NCBI GenBank assembly: GCA_963811105.1
Contig: CAWEPZ010000011.1
Location: 1,376,001-1,440,000 of the forward strand
Direction of reading: 5' to 3'
Origin: Candidatus Bathyarchaeota archaeon
GTDB taxonomy: Archaea; Thermoproteota; Bathyarchaeia; Bathyarchaeales; Bathycorpusculaceae
DNA length: 64,000 bases
Notes under the pieces: model-generated
Seen by the model: the letters and a program-made list of their open reading frames with translations, nothing else
What the model was told of the DNA's origin: nothing
Database searches by the model: none
Made by a program: the position numbers and the translations under genes
Part shown: in pieces, positions 48,284 through 57,719 of the stretch
How the letters are laid out: every line of letters starts with the position of its first letter
Position numbering within the stretch: the stretch's first letter is position 1

Positions 48284-49671
48284 GCATACGAAAGTTAATT
48301 AGAAATCTCAGAAATTGGTGTCCACAACCCTCAACCCCACTGCCTTCAAAACTAAAACGATATTCAATGCCTATAGCTGCTGTAATTACAGCTACCCTTA
48401 TTTTCACAATTTCATTTTCGGTGTTTTCTCCAAGCCTTATGTCTCATCCATCCGCCCCAATTGTGCCCTTAGTCAATTCGGGCAACAGCGGTTCTGCGAG
48501 CAATGACTGGTCAATGTTCCATGCAGACTCGTCTCATAGTGGTGTTGCAACTAGCAATCCAGTGCTCACTCCAACGCTAATTTGGAAATACACCGCTGGC
48601 AACTCTATTGCTTCATCACCTGCAGTAAGCAATGGCGTTGTGTACATAGGCTCAGATGATAAAAATCTCTATGCCTTAAATGCTACAAGTGGCGATAAAC
48701 TTTGGAACTTTTCCATCGGGGGTATCTTTCCAGGTGGCAGTATTCCGCCAACCGTTGCTTCCTCCCCCGCTGTTGCCAACGGTATAGTCTACATAGGCTC
48801 ACTCGATTACAACATTTACGCAGTGAACGCCACCACTGGGGAAAAGCTCTGGAATTATACTACCGGTGACTTGATTATTTCGTCTCCAACTGTTGTAAAT
48901 GGTGTTGTCTACATAGGTTCCGATGACCAAAACGTTTATGCTCTTAATGCTACTAATGGCGATAAACTTTGGAACTACATAACGCCTTTCTATGTTGGCT
49001 CATCACCTGCTGTTGTTGATAATGTGGTCTATGTAGGCTCATGGTTTGGCGACGTTTATGCATTGAATGCCGCAAATGGTGCCAAGCTTTGGAATTATAC
49101 CACTGGTGGTTCAGGCACGGAACTTGTTTCTTCGCCATCCGTTGTCAATGGCGTGGTATACATTGGAGGCGGCGGTAACACAATTTTTGCCTTGAACGTT
49201 GATAGTGGAGCTCAACTCTGGAATTACAGCACAGATGGCTATGTTGAGTCATCGCCTGCTGTTAGCGATGGCATAGTGTACATAGGTTCTCATGATGGCA
49301 ACGTTTATGCTTTGGACGCTGCAAGTGGCGATAAGTTGTGGAATTATACCATAGGAGACTCTATTCTTTCATCCCCTGCGATTAACGACGGCACTATTTA
49401 CATAGGCGGCGAAAATGCAGTTTATGCATTAAGCGTTACTAATGACACAAAACTCTGGAGCTACAATACTGGTAATTACGTCGGGTCATCTCCTGCAATC
49501 GTCAACGGTATACTGTACATTGCTGGCGGTAACAACACTTACGCTTTCGGAGGTTCTGCACCGACTGCATCCCCAAACATCCAACTCCTTGTAATCCCAA
49601 TTGTGGTTGTAGTAGTAATTGTTGCTCTAATAGCTGTTGTAATATTTAAAAAGAAAATAGCTTCAGTGTGA
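48280..49671 (+). CDS. Membrane-anchored PQQ-like 8-bladed beta-propeller protein with N-terminal WCP motif
   Basis: ATGA overlap with HTH gene; RNWCPQP, TM helix, eight SSP..G.VYIG..YA...G.KLWNY repeats, C-terminal TM plus KKK. Confidence 0.9.
   Translation: MSIRKLIRNLRNWCPQPSTPLPSKLKRYSMPIAAVITATLIFTISFSVFSPSLMSHPSAPIVPLVNSGNSGSASNDWSMFHADSSHSGVATSNPVLTPTLIWKYTAGNSIASSPAVSNGVVYIGSDDKNLYALNATSGDKLWNFSIGGIFPGGSIPPTVASSPAVANGIVYIGSLDYNIYAVNATTGEKLWNYTTGDLIISSPTVVNGVVYIGSDDQNVYALNATNGDKLWNYITPFYVGSSPAVVDNVVYVGSWFGDVYALNAANGAKLWNYTTGGSGTELVSSPSVVNGVVYIGGGGNTIFALNVDSGAQLWNYSTDGYVESSPAVSDGIVYIGSHDGNVYALDAASGDKLWNYTIGDSILSSPAINDGTIYIGGENAVYALSVTNDTKLWSYNTGNYVGSSPAIVNGILYIAGGNNTYAFGGSAPTASPNIQLLVIPIVVVVVIVALIAVVIFKKKIASV
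48580..49550 (+). repeat. Eight imperfect coding repeats of about 120-150 bp (propeller blades)
   Basis: Recurring TACATAGG and TGGAAYTA motifs; eight SSP blades. Confidence 0.85.
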
Positions 49672-49677
49672 ATAGGA

Positions 49678-49918
49678 ATGGATTTGCGTAAGAGATTTAG
49701 TGAGAATCCAGGTATAACTGGCTTAGATAACGCATATTATCTTGCTAAAACTGAACCTGCTTGCCGCCGCCGTCATTAACGCCAACTCCCCCAGTCACTA
49801 TGCCGTCTCCTTTTGCATTTTTTTCTTTTCCTACCCTATTGGTTATTGGAGGTTTAGTCGCAGTCGTAATTGTTGCTACTGTGGTTATCTTAATGCTCAA
49901 AAAGAAAATGACAGTTTA
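49678..49918 (+). pseudogene. Frameshifted C-terminal remnant of a cell-surface protein
   Basis: YYLAKTEPA, LPPPSLTPTPPVT linker and LLVIGGLVAVVIVATVVILMLKKKMTV* anchor are in three different frames. Confidence 0.55.
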
Positions 49919-50166
49919 AACGATAGTGTAAAGCTTACCCTCCGCACCAAAATTCAGGCACATTATGGGGTTAATTTGATAAAATAAACTCAATTTATAG
50001 TTTTGTGAGAGTAGGCTAAAAATTGAACACAAGTTTACCCGTAAAAAATGTTTTACCATTTCCACTGAGCTAACGCGAGAGAGAGTCATCGTAGTCGTTC
50101 GTGTTCGTGATTTGGGTTTGGTTGGTCGGATTGAAATTTTAGTCCCACACACAGGGCGCACGCTTT

Positions 50167-50946
50167 TCAAGCACTGTTTTTGGCTGGTGTCTTTTCAATC
50201 TCTAAGCTAGCAACGTACTCACGGTCTTTTGGCGGATTCTTATCTCTCTCTTCTTCAAACACGATTTTGGTTTTCCAACCCATATGTTCGGCCGCAAGCT
50301 GCAAATGGCAAATAGCAATACCCACATTGACAGGGAAATAGCTCCCACCGACGATGCTTCTAAAAAACCCGGATTTGGAAGAATAGGCGTGAATCAAATT
50401 CTTATCTCCGGTAAAGTACCAATTCTGTAAGTTGACTGCGGATGGAGCCAGACGGGCAGGTTCCAACAATTCATCAGCACACTCAATATTGGTTATCTCC
50501 GAGAGAGGTTTCCTCTTAAATTGCGAAACACTGGTCCTGTAGAGTGTTTCCCTGGAATTTCCGAACGACATCAAAATGATAAATTCAAGATTTGAAGACT
50601 CCGTTACTTCTTTAACGGGCTGAGGAATCCCCAGCCAGCAACTGCCTATGCCAGTCGCTGAAAAATAAAGATCCATTTGCTGTAGCATAAAACCGATGTT
50701 AGTCTTATAAGCGTCCTTTGCTTCGGAGAATGCTGCAATAAAGTGGGGTGCTTTGTTCATGCTTTTTCTGGAAACTTGATCCGGCGAAATAATCTTGAAC
50801 TCTGTCTTAATTCCCTTGGACATCGGCTTTAAAGCGCTCAAGTTCTCCGAAATCTCTTCTAGATGATTTTGATCAATTGGAGCTGAATCATAATTCCTAA
50901 TTGATTTTCTCTTGAAAATCACTTCGTATAGCTCATTCTCATTCAT
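50167..50946 (-). CDS. Nitroreductase family protein (TM1586-like)
   Basis: IFKRKSIRNY, GIGSCWLG, RKPL, LAPSAVNLQNW; ATG 50946 preferred. Confidence 0.9.
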   Translation of the reverse strand: MNENELYEVIFKRKSIRNYDSAPIDQNHLEEISENLSALKPMSKGIKTEFKIISPDQVSRKSMNKAPHFIAAFSEAKDAYKTNIGFMLQQMDLYFSATGIGSCWLGIPQPVKEVTESSNLEFIILMSFGNSRETLYRTSVSQFKRKPLSEITNIECADELLEPARLAPSAVNLQNWYFTGDKNLIHAYSSKSGFFRSIVGGSYFPVNVGIAICHLQLAAEHMGWKTKIVFEEERDKNPPKDREYVASLEIEKTPAKNSA

Positions 50947-51250
50947 TTTCTCACACAGAATAATCACAAGTTGACTGCTAGTAAAAGCTTCCTCTGCAGA
51001 GTGTACTACAAGAGTAACAAGGTCTATCAAGCTAATAGTTCCAGTTCCCCGGGTTTTTTGGGTTTGGGGACTAAAATTTTAATACTTTTCCCAACCCTAA
51101 CCCAAATATTATGACGAAGAAAACTATTTTTTTGTTGTGGTAAATGGAATTTTTTGTGTTTGTGTGCGAATTGAGTTGATATGGATTTGGAATTCACAAA
51201 GATTAATTTGTTGAGACAGATGTCTTTGACTGCTGTGAGCGGATGCTGAT

Positions 51251-52063
51251 TTGTCCGGAAATTTAGCATTGGAGCCTTTGGTTGAGATCTCAGGTATTTC
51301 AGTGCAGTTCGGATCTTTTTTAGCTTTAGACAATTTGAGTTTGAGAGTTATGTCTGGAGAAGTTTTTGGGTTATTAGGTCCAAACGGTGCGGGCAAGACG
51401 ACAGCGATTAAGGTTTTGATGGGGTTAGTGGCGCCTTCTTTGGGCAATGTGAAGGTGTGCGGTTTTGATCCAGTCCTGCAGCCTGTAGATGTCAAGTCGC
51501 GTATTGGCTACGTTGCTGAAAACTCTATCGTGTATGAGAGTTTGTCTCCTAGAGATTTTTTTGAATTCGTAGTATCAATGCGCAAAATAGATCAGGCCGA
51601 TGCTAATCGGGTTGTGTCTCGATTGGCTGAGGTTTTTGATTTAGCACAGTATTTTGATTCACCGATCGCAACTTTGTCTATGGGACTTAAGCAGAAAGTG
51701 GCTTTAATTGCAGCATTTATTCATCAGCCGCCTGTTTTGCTTTTAGATGAGCCTTTAAACGGATTAGATGCAAAAAGCAGCAGAGTGGTCAAAGACTTAA
51801 TGTCTTTGCATGTACAAAGGGGTGGAGCGGTTTTGTTTTCTACCCACATAATGGAGATTGCTGAGCATCTCTGCACAAGAATTGGAATTATTGATCATGG
51901 CAAGATGATTGCTGAGGGAACGCTAGAGCAGTTAAGAAACAAAACTGATGGCAAGGGTTCTTCTTTGGAAGAGGTTTTTTTGAAGTTAACCAATGAGGAT
52001 GCCGCAGTCGCCGTAAGAACAAGGATGCTTCGGGAGGCATTCTTTGGTAATGAAGCTCACTGA
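51251..52063 (+). CDS. ABC transporter ATP-binding protein
   Basis: GPNGAGKTT, LSMGLKQK, LLDEP, STH. Confidence 0.95.
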   Translation: MSGNLALEPLVEISGISVQFGSFLALDNLSLRVMSGEVFGLLGPNGAGKTTAIKVLMGLVAPSLGNVKVCGFDPVLQPVDVKSRIGYVAENSIVYESLSPRDFFEFVVSMRKIDQADANRVVSRLAEVFDLAQYFDSPIATLSMGLKQKVALIAAFIHQPPVLLLDEPLNGLDAKSSRVVKDLMSLHVQRGGAVLFSTHIMEIAEHLCTRIGIIDHGKMIAEGTLEQLRNKTDGKGSSLEEVFLKLTNEDAAVAVRTRMLREAFFGNEAH

Positions 52064-53672
52064 AGCTTGGCGCCTAAGCAGTCTACCTTACAGAGAAGTT
52101 GTGTACAGATCATTAGCTCAGGAAAGGAATCGAATGTGGTGGGGCGCTTTTGGAAGAAAATCAACCAACCAAGATTCAGCGGATGATGTTGAGTTAAGCA
52201 AGAAAGCGTTGCGCATTGCCAAGTTTGATAAAATCATTATTGCACTTTTTAATCTTGTAGTTGCGGTAATCCCTTTCAGTTCATTTTTCGTCGGCTCCAC
52301 AACTTTCGGTTTGAGCAGTTCGATTTCTCTTAGTTTAGCCATTACCTTTGGGTTTATGACTTTGTATGCAATTCAGACTCTTTCTTCTTTTGTGGGCGCG
52401 GAATCTTCAGTTTTGCTGTCGACTCTCCAGATATCATCAAACGATTTTTCGTTGATAACATTGTTTTCTTTTTTTAGGTCTGTAGATTATTTGGTAGTGA
52501 GCTCTGTTGTGAGCCAGGTTGTGTTAGTTGCATACCTTACTGCGTCTCCTTTGGCTACTGCACTCATGTTTGTTGCTTCTTTGATAAATTCAGTTTTTGC
52601 TGTAGCAGTTGCATTGTGGCTCTCAAGAGTTTTCCATAAGAATTATTTGCGCGGCGGAAGATCAAAGGGCACCACTGTTTTTCGAGGTTTCTTTGTCTTA
52701 CTCTGGGGATGCCTGCTTATGGGAGTAGGCTTGCTTTTGAGCGTGCCCTACTATGTTCTTCCACTTTTGGATACTGCTTTACTAAACGTTAACACATTAG
52801 TGGGTTTTCTTCTCAGTTTGATCTATCCTTTTTCGGCTGGTTTAGTTGTTTCAAAATTGTCCGGTTCTATAATTCCTCTTTTCACCGTGTTGGGGGCATC
52901 GGCTGCAATCATATTTTATGCTTTAGGAGCTTGGTTTTCAGCTAAATGGAGCTTGGGGACCGTGAAGCGTATTTCTCAAGGAGTGGGCGTTAGAATTGAT
53001 AGATCAAACGCCATCGATTTTCAGATTAAGAGACGCAGTCCTTTGCAAGGTTATGTCATGAAGGATTTGCGAGTTACTTCAAGAAATCCCGCTACTGCTT
53101 TCTTCTTTGTCCTTCCAGTTTTTGAAACGGTAATTGTAGCGTTTTTGGCTTCGAATGTTGAGTTTTTGAGGGCTTCAACGGTGCTTGTTGCTACTTCAAT
53201 GGGCGCTATTTTTGCTCTTTTGATTCCTCTTGCTCTCTTGAATTCGGAGGGGAAGGGAATAGAGTACGCTAAAACCTTGCCGATTACTTCCAAAAGAATG
53301 GTGTCTGCAAAAGCTCTCATAACTATGGTGACTTTCGTTCCAGTTCCTGTTGCTTTGCTTTGCCTCGCGTTGTTTAAGCCGCCGACTTCGTGGTTTACAG
53401 TGTTGATTCCATTTTTCATGGTAATTTCCATTGTTTCTGCAAGCATCTTTGAGATTTTGATTTTCTTGCGTTCAGTTGGTAGAAGCAGAATAGTTGGTGT
53501 AATTAATGATGTTGAAAAGATCCTTGTCGGTCTTTTGACGGTCTTTTTACCTGCTATTGCCTACGTAATCGTTTACCTCTTCTCATTTAATCATTCATTT
53601 GCAATTCTAGCATTGGGCGGAACAACATTTGTTGAATTATGGATAGCTTTTTTCACACTTAGGCGTGCATGA
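52050..53672 (+). CDS. ABC exporter permease (multi-pass membrane protein)
   Basis: About 12-14 TM segments, KDLRVTSRNP, EGKG..LP; overlaps the ATPase gene. Confidence 0.85.
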   Translation: MKLTEAWRLSSLPYREVVYRSLAQERNRMWWGAFGRKSTNQDSADDVELSKKALRIAKFDKIIIALFNLVVAVIPFSSFFVGSTTFGLSSSISLSLAITFGFMTLYAIQTLSSFVGAESSVLLSTLQISSNDFSLITLFSFFRSVDYLVVSSVVSQVVLVAYLTASPLATALMFVASLINSVFAVAVALWLSRVFHKNYLRGGRSKGTTVFRGFFVLLWGCLLMGVGLLLSVPYYVLPLLDTALLNVNTLVGFLLSLIYPFSAGLVVSKLSGSIIPLFTVLGASAAIIFYALGAWFSAKWSLGTVKRISQGVGVRIDRSNAIDFQIKRRSPLQGYVMKDLRVTSRNPATAFFFVLPVFETVIVAFLASNVEFLRASTVLVATSMGAIFALLIPLALLNSEGKGIEYAKTLPITSKRMVSAKALITMVTFVPVPVALLCLALFKPPTSWFTVLIPFFMVISIVSASIFEILIFLRSVGRSRIVGVINDVEKILVGLLTVFLPAIAYVIVYLFSFNHSFAILALGGTTFVELWIAFFTLRRA

Positions 53673-53678
53673 AAGATC

Positions 53679-54005
53679 TCATTGAAATGTTTTCGATAAA
53701 ACAACGCGATTGCAAAATTGATACGAGTGCGCTGAAAATTCAGGAGTCTGCTTAATGAAGTCTTGAATTTGATCAGTAGACAGGAAGAGCTTCTGACTCA
53801 AACCACACATATCTTGAACACATATTTTTTTCTGGTAAAATAAGGTTGATGGTCCCACCCACCTTACAACCAGATTTAGGTTTCCATGCAACAAAGAAGT
53901 AACACAACTACTTTTTTCAATGCTAACTAAATCAAACGGTGTGTCCAAAGAAAGAATATTTGGTGTTAATGCTAAACCATTTTCCATCAAAAAATTGCTT
54001 TTCAT
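53679..54005 (-). CDS. Hypothetical protein
   Basis: 108-aa ORF filling an intergenic gap; no motif recognised. Confidence 0.5.
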   Translation of the reverse strand: MKSNFLMENGLALTPNILSLDTPFDLVSIEKSSCVTSLLHGNLNLVVRWVGPSTLFYQKKICVQDMCGLSQKLFLSTDQIQDFIKQTPEFSAHSYQFCNRVVLSKTFQ

Positions 54006-54069
54006 AAGTAACGGTTAAAAGCCAATAATGCACACAAATATTAAACACCCAGAAGGTTTGGTCACAAAA

Positions 54070-54690
54070 ATGTCTGCTAAAAACGAACAAAGAAAATTCG
54101 TCTCCGTTGACCCGAGCAAGTGCACTGGTTGCGGAATCTGCGAATTAGCTTGCAGCCAAGAAAAAAACGAAGAAAGCCCAATTCGGTCAAGAATCCGCGT
54201 TGTCCGCATGACCCCTATGTTCAATTTTGCTCTGTCATGTCGTGCATGTAAAGATGCTAAATGCGTTAAAGCATGTCCGGAAAAAGCAATTGCGCAAGAA
54301 GAGAGCACCGGTTTGTTGATGATTGATGAGAGGAAATGTAAAGGGTGCGATTGGTGCGTTCAAGCATGCGAATACGGCGGCATCACTATTCAAAGTGACA
54401 GTGGCATAGCAACCGCATGTGACCTATGCGGTGACAAGCCTCAATGCATAGAATTCTGCCCTGAAGAAGCTATAGAACTCGTGGACTCTGATGAAGCAGC
54501 AGAAAAACGCTTCAACGACGCACTAGAAAAACTACCTATACAATGCGACCAATTAATGACCGCCGTCAAAAACAAGGATTGGAAACCATTACTAGCTACA
54601 GCAGAGAAAAGGTCAGAAAAAGTCTCAGAGAAACTCGAAGCATTAAACAAAAAGACAGTTGCAAAACAAAAGGCACAGAAAGAAAAGTAG
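54070..54690 (+). CDS. 4Fe-4S dicluster (DmsB/HydN-like) protein with helical tail
   Basis: CTGCGICELAC, CRAC..CVKACP, CKGCDWCVQAC, CDLC..CIEFCP. Confidence 0.92.
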   Translation: MSAKNEQRKFVSVDPSKCTGCGICELACSQEKNEESPIRSRIRVVRMTPMFNFALSCRACKDAKCVKACPEKAIAQEESTGLLMIDERKCKGCDWCVQACEYGGITIQSDSGIATACDLCGDKPQCIEFCPEEAIELVDSDEAAEKRFNDALEKLPIQCDQLMTAVKNKDWKPLLATAEKRSEKVSEKLEALNKKTVAKQKAQKEK

Positions 54691-54701
54691 CCCATTTCTA
54701 A

Positions 54702-55556
54702 CTATTTATTTTCTTCATAGCCTCTCAAGAAGCTATCAATATCCAAGCCAACTCGCTCGCCGACGTACCCGCCTTCCAAAACAAAAAAAGCGGGCTTCTT
54801 CAGAAAAGCGACTCTTTTCCCAATCTCCAAATAATCATGCTCCACTAAGCTTAACGTAGCTAAATCACCAAGATGAGTATCAAAGCCGCAAGAAACCGCA
54901 ACCACTTCAACTCTACTGAAATCCACAGTGCGCAATGCTTTATCTAGGGTCTCCAAATACCGTTGCCCACCACAATCTGACGGCAAAGCAAAGTTGATAC
55001 AGTTCCCCTCAGAGAAGCGGCCAGTTCCCGGGTAATTAGGTGACTGATGCAACGAAACGTAAACCACTTTTTCATCTCCTTGAAAAATCTCTTGAGTTCC
55101 ATTTCCATGATGCCCGTCAATGTCCAAAATCAGCGTTCTTTTGCCTAATTTTTTAACTGCAATCGCAATGTTATTTAGGTAACAGAACCCACGTGTTGCC
55201 GCGCCTAAAGCCACCCCGCTTCTGCCAGCGTGGTGTCCTGGCGGACGCATAAGAGAAAAACCACCAATTTCACTGGCTAAAATTGCGCCACCTGCCGAAA
55301 GTGTGGCGTACTCGTAAATTTTATCGTAGGCGGGGGTATCTGGGTCTTCAACTAATCCTTTTTTCAGATTCCACAGGTAATCAGCGTCATGAACAGCTAA
55401 AATGTTTTCTTCACTAGCTGGTTTAGGCTCCAAAAACTCGTAGCCCTTTGTTTTCAGAATTTCAACCGCTGCTTTCACTCTTTGAGGTCCTTCAATGTGC
55501 CATGTACCATAGCCTAAACTTTTTTCGGAATAAACCACTCTTGGCTTCATTGGCAT
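54702..55556 (-). CDS. Histone deacetylase / acetylpolyamine amidohydrolase family protein
   Basis: RPPGHHA, GFC, DIDGHHGNGTQ, GFDTH, LEGGY. Confidence 0.93.
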   Translation of the reverse strand: MPMKPRVVYSEKSLGYGTWHIEGPQRVKAAVEILKTKGYEFLEPKPASEENILAVHDADYLWNLKKGLVEDPDTPAYDKIYEYATLSAGGAILASEIGGFSLMRPPGHHAGRSGVALGAATRGFCYLNNIAIAVKKLGKRTLILDIDGHHGNGTQEIFQGDEKVVYVSLHQSPNYPGTGRFSEGNCINFALPSDCGGQRYLETLDKALRTVDFSRVEVVAVSCGFDTHLGDLATLSLVEHDYLEIGKRVAFLKKPAFFVLEGGYVGERVGLDIDSFLRGYEENK

Positions 55557-55635
55557 CCAGTAGACAGATAAATAACGCTTTCACATTAAAACATTAACCT
55601 ACACGGATTTGCTTTAAAAATCGGAGAAAAAGTTA

Positions 55636-57588
55636 ATGACTGCTTCAGAGAATCCATTTGACCAGTTTCGCCAAGAATGCCAAAAAACGTTAGCTGACGC
55701 ACTCGAGAAAGCTTTGCCAGAAATAAAAACGCCAAGTATTACCTTAAACAAAACACCAAACATTGAATATGGGCAATTAGCTTCATCGCTGTGTTTTGAA
55801 TTGGCAAAGAAATTAAACCAAAAACCATTGGACATCGCCCAATACCTTGTCGAAGCAATCGATAAAACCAGCTTTAGACTGATTGAAAAGGTAACTTGCG
55901 CAGGTGTTGGGTACATCAATTTTCACGTCAACTTTTCCAAGTTCTCGGCTTTAACTCTCCAGTCTGTTAAAGGGTTAGCGTTTGATTACGGTTTCGTGAA
56001 AACGAATAACTCAACTAAAATTATTGTTGAGCATACAAGTGTTAACCCACTCCACCCGATACACGTCGGGCAAGCGAGAAATCCAATGATAGGCGACGCA
56101 CTAGCTCGCATTTTGGAATGCAGGGGACACTGTGTTTCGCGGCACTACTACATTGATGATGTAGGCAGACAATCATCCGTAGTTGCCTATGGTTACGAAA
56201 AGCTAGGTCGACCTAAACCCACAGAGAAACCCGACCTCTATGTGGGAAAAATCTACACCGTTACCAGCTGTCTTGTAGAAATAAATCGCCTCAAAAGAGC
56301 ACGGGACCTTGCTATCGCCGTTAACTCAGCAGATGATTTGGCGAAGGCGAATAAGGAAATTGATGAGTGGATGTCAATTGCGGCTGAACTCAAAGAAAAA
56401 TACCCAGTGCTGTTCGAAGCGTTAATGGGCAAAATCAGCGAAGACGAAAATCCGGAGGAAGAAATAAACCGCCTCAACCGGGCCTATGAAGATGGAGAAC
56501 CTAAAGCTAAACAGCTAATCCGCGAGGTCAGTGACTTGTGTCTTGAAGGCTTCAGAGAAACAATGAAGAGAGTTGCCGTTAAGTACGACTCGTGGGATTG
56601 GGAAAGCGACTTTGTATGGAGTGCGCAGGTTAGTGAGGTTTTGCAGAAGCTTAAGACTTCACCTTTTGTTTACAGCGATAAAGGCGTGGTGGAGTTTGAT
56701 GCTGACAAAGTTATACGTGTTCTAGATTTGAAAGGCAAGTTAGGTTTAGGTGAGAATTATGAAGTTCCGCCCTTGACGCTTGGGCGCGCTGACGGCACCA
56801 CGCTCTACACCACTCGCGACTTAGCTTACACACTCTGGAAGTTTAAGCATGCAGACAAAGTCATAAACGTGATCGGGATGGAGCAGTCGCTGGCTCAGTT
56901 GCAGCTTAAACTTGCAATGTACGCACTAGGCTATACTGAGTTTGCTGACAATCTGGTTCACTTCGCTTATAATTTGGTCACTTTGCCCGGCTACAAGATG
57001 AGCAGCCGCAGAGGACACTACATCACATTCGATGAAGTGTTGGACGAAGCGGTCCAACGAGCGTACGAAGAAGTCTCGAAGCGATCTCCAATGTTGTCTG
57101 AGGAAGAGAAGCGCAAAATTGCTAACTTCGTTGGCTTAGGCGCTGTCCGATATGCGCTTGTCGATGTTGACCCGTCAAAACCAGTTATCTTTACCTGGGA
57201 GCGCGTGCTTAACTTCGAAACCAACAGCGCACCCTACGTACAATATACCCATGCTAGGGCATGCAGCATTTTGCGCAAAGCAGCAAGAGAACCAGAAAAA
57301 CCAGCTTTTGAACTGCTAACCGAGCGGCTTGAACGCGAGCTTATATTGAACCTTGCGAGCTTCCCAGACACCTTCGTCGAGGCTACGGAATACCTCAAGC
57401 CCAATATGATTGCTGATTATGCAAACGCATTAGCGGATAAATTTAATACCTTCTACAATGCATTGCCCGTCCTCAAAGCAGATTCAAAAGGACTGGTTGA
57501 TGCACGAATAACGCTAACACAGGCAATACAAATCGTGATGCACAATGCACTAACGCTAATCGGTGTGGTTGCACCAGAAAAGATGTAG
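55636..57588 (+). CDS. argS: Arginine--tRNA ligase
   Basis: EHTSVNPLHPIHVGQARN (HIGH), KMSSRRG, PYVQYTHARA. Confidence 0.97.
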   Translation: MTASENPFDQFRQECQKTLADALEKALPEIKTPSITLNKTPNIEYGQLASSLCFELAKKLNQKPLDIAQYLVEAIDKTSFRLIEKVTCAGVGYINFHVNFSKFSALTLQSVKGLAFDYGFVKTNNSTKIIVEHTSVNPLHPIHVGQARNPMIGDALARILECRGHCVSRHYYIDDVGRQSSVVAYGYEKLGRPKPTEKPDLYVGKIYTVTSCLVEINRLKRARDLAIAVNSADDLAKANKEIDEWMSIAAELKEKYPVLFEALMGKISEDENPEEEINRLNRAYEDGEPKAKQLIREVSDLCLEGFRETMKRVAVKYDSWDWESDFVWSAQVSEVLQKLKTSPFVYSDKGVVEFDADKVIRVLDLKGKLGLGENYEVPPLTLGRADGTTLYTTRDLAYTLWKFKHADKVINVIGMEQSLAQLQLKLAMYALGYTEFADNLVHFAYNLVTLPGYKMSSRRGHYITFDEVLDEAVQRAYEEVSKRSPMLSEEEKRKIANFVGLGAVRYALVDVDPSKPVIFTWERVLNFETNSAPYVQYTHARACSILRKAAREPEKPAFELLTERLERELILNLASFPDTFVEATEYLKPNMIADYANALADKFNTFYNALPVLKADSKGLVDARITLTQAIQIVMHNALTLIGVVAPEKM

Positions 57589-57719
57589 ATTTTCAGTGGA
57601 CTACGGAAGATTCAACTAGTTAGCAAAGTTTTGGAACTGATTAATAGCATGTTTGGATAGTTTTTGCAATGACAAATTTCATATACAAGCCCATTAATTT
57701 TACAACGAGGCACACATTA

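Noticed and set aside
48580-49550. Propeller repeats as a DGR target or nucleotide repeat array
   Set aside because: The repeats diverge at synonymous sites like ordinary protein repeats; no reverse transcriptase or template repeat seen
49916-50170. 84-aa minus-strand ORF downstream of the nitroreductase
   Set aside because: Low-complexity with no motif, although it overlaps the nitroreductase stop; probably spurious
47540-53672. Intact integrated element at tRNA-Leu
   Set aside because: The genes look accessory, but no integrase or duplicated tRNA-Leu 3' end was found
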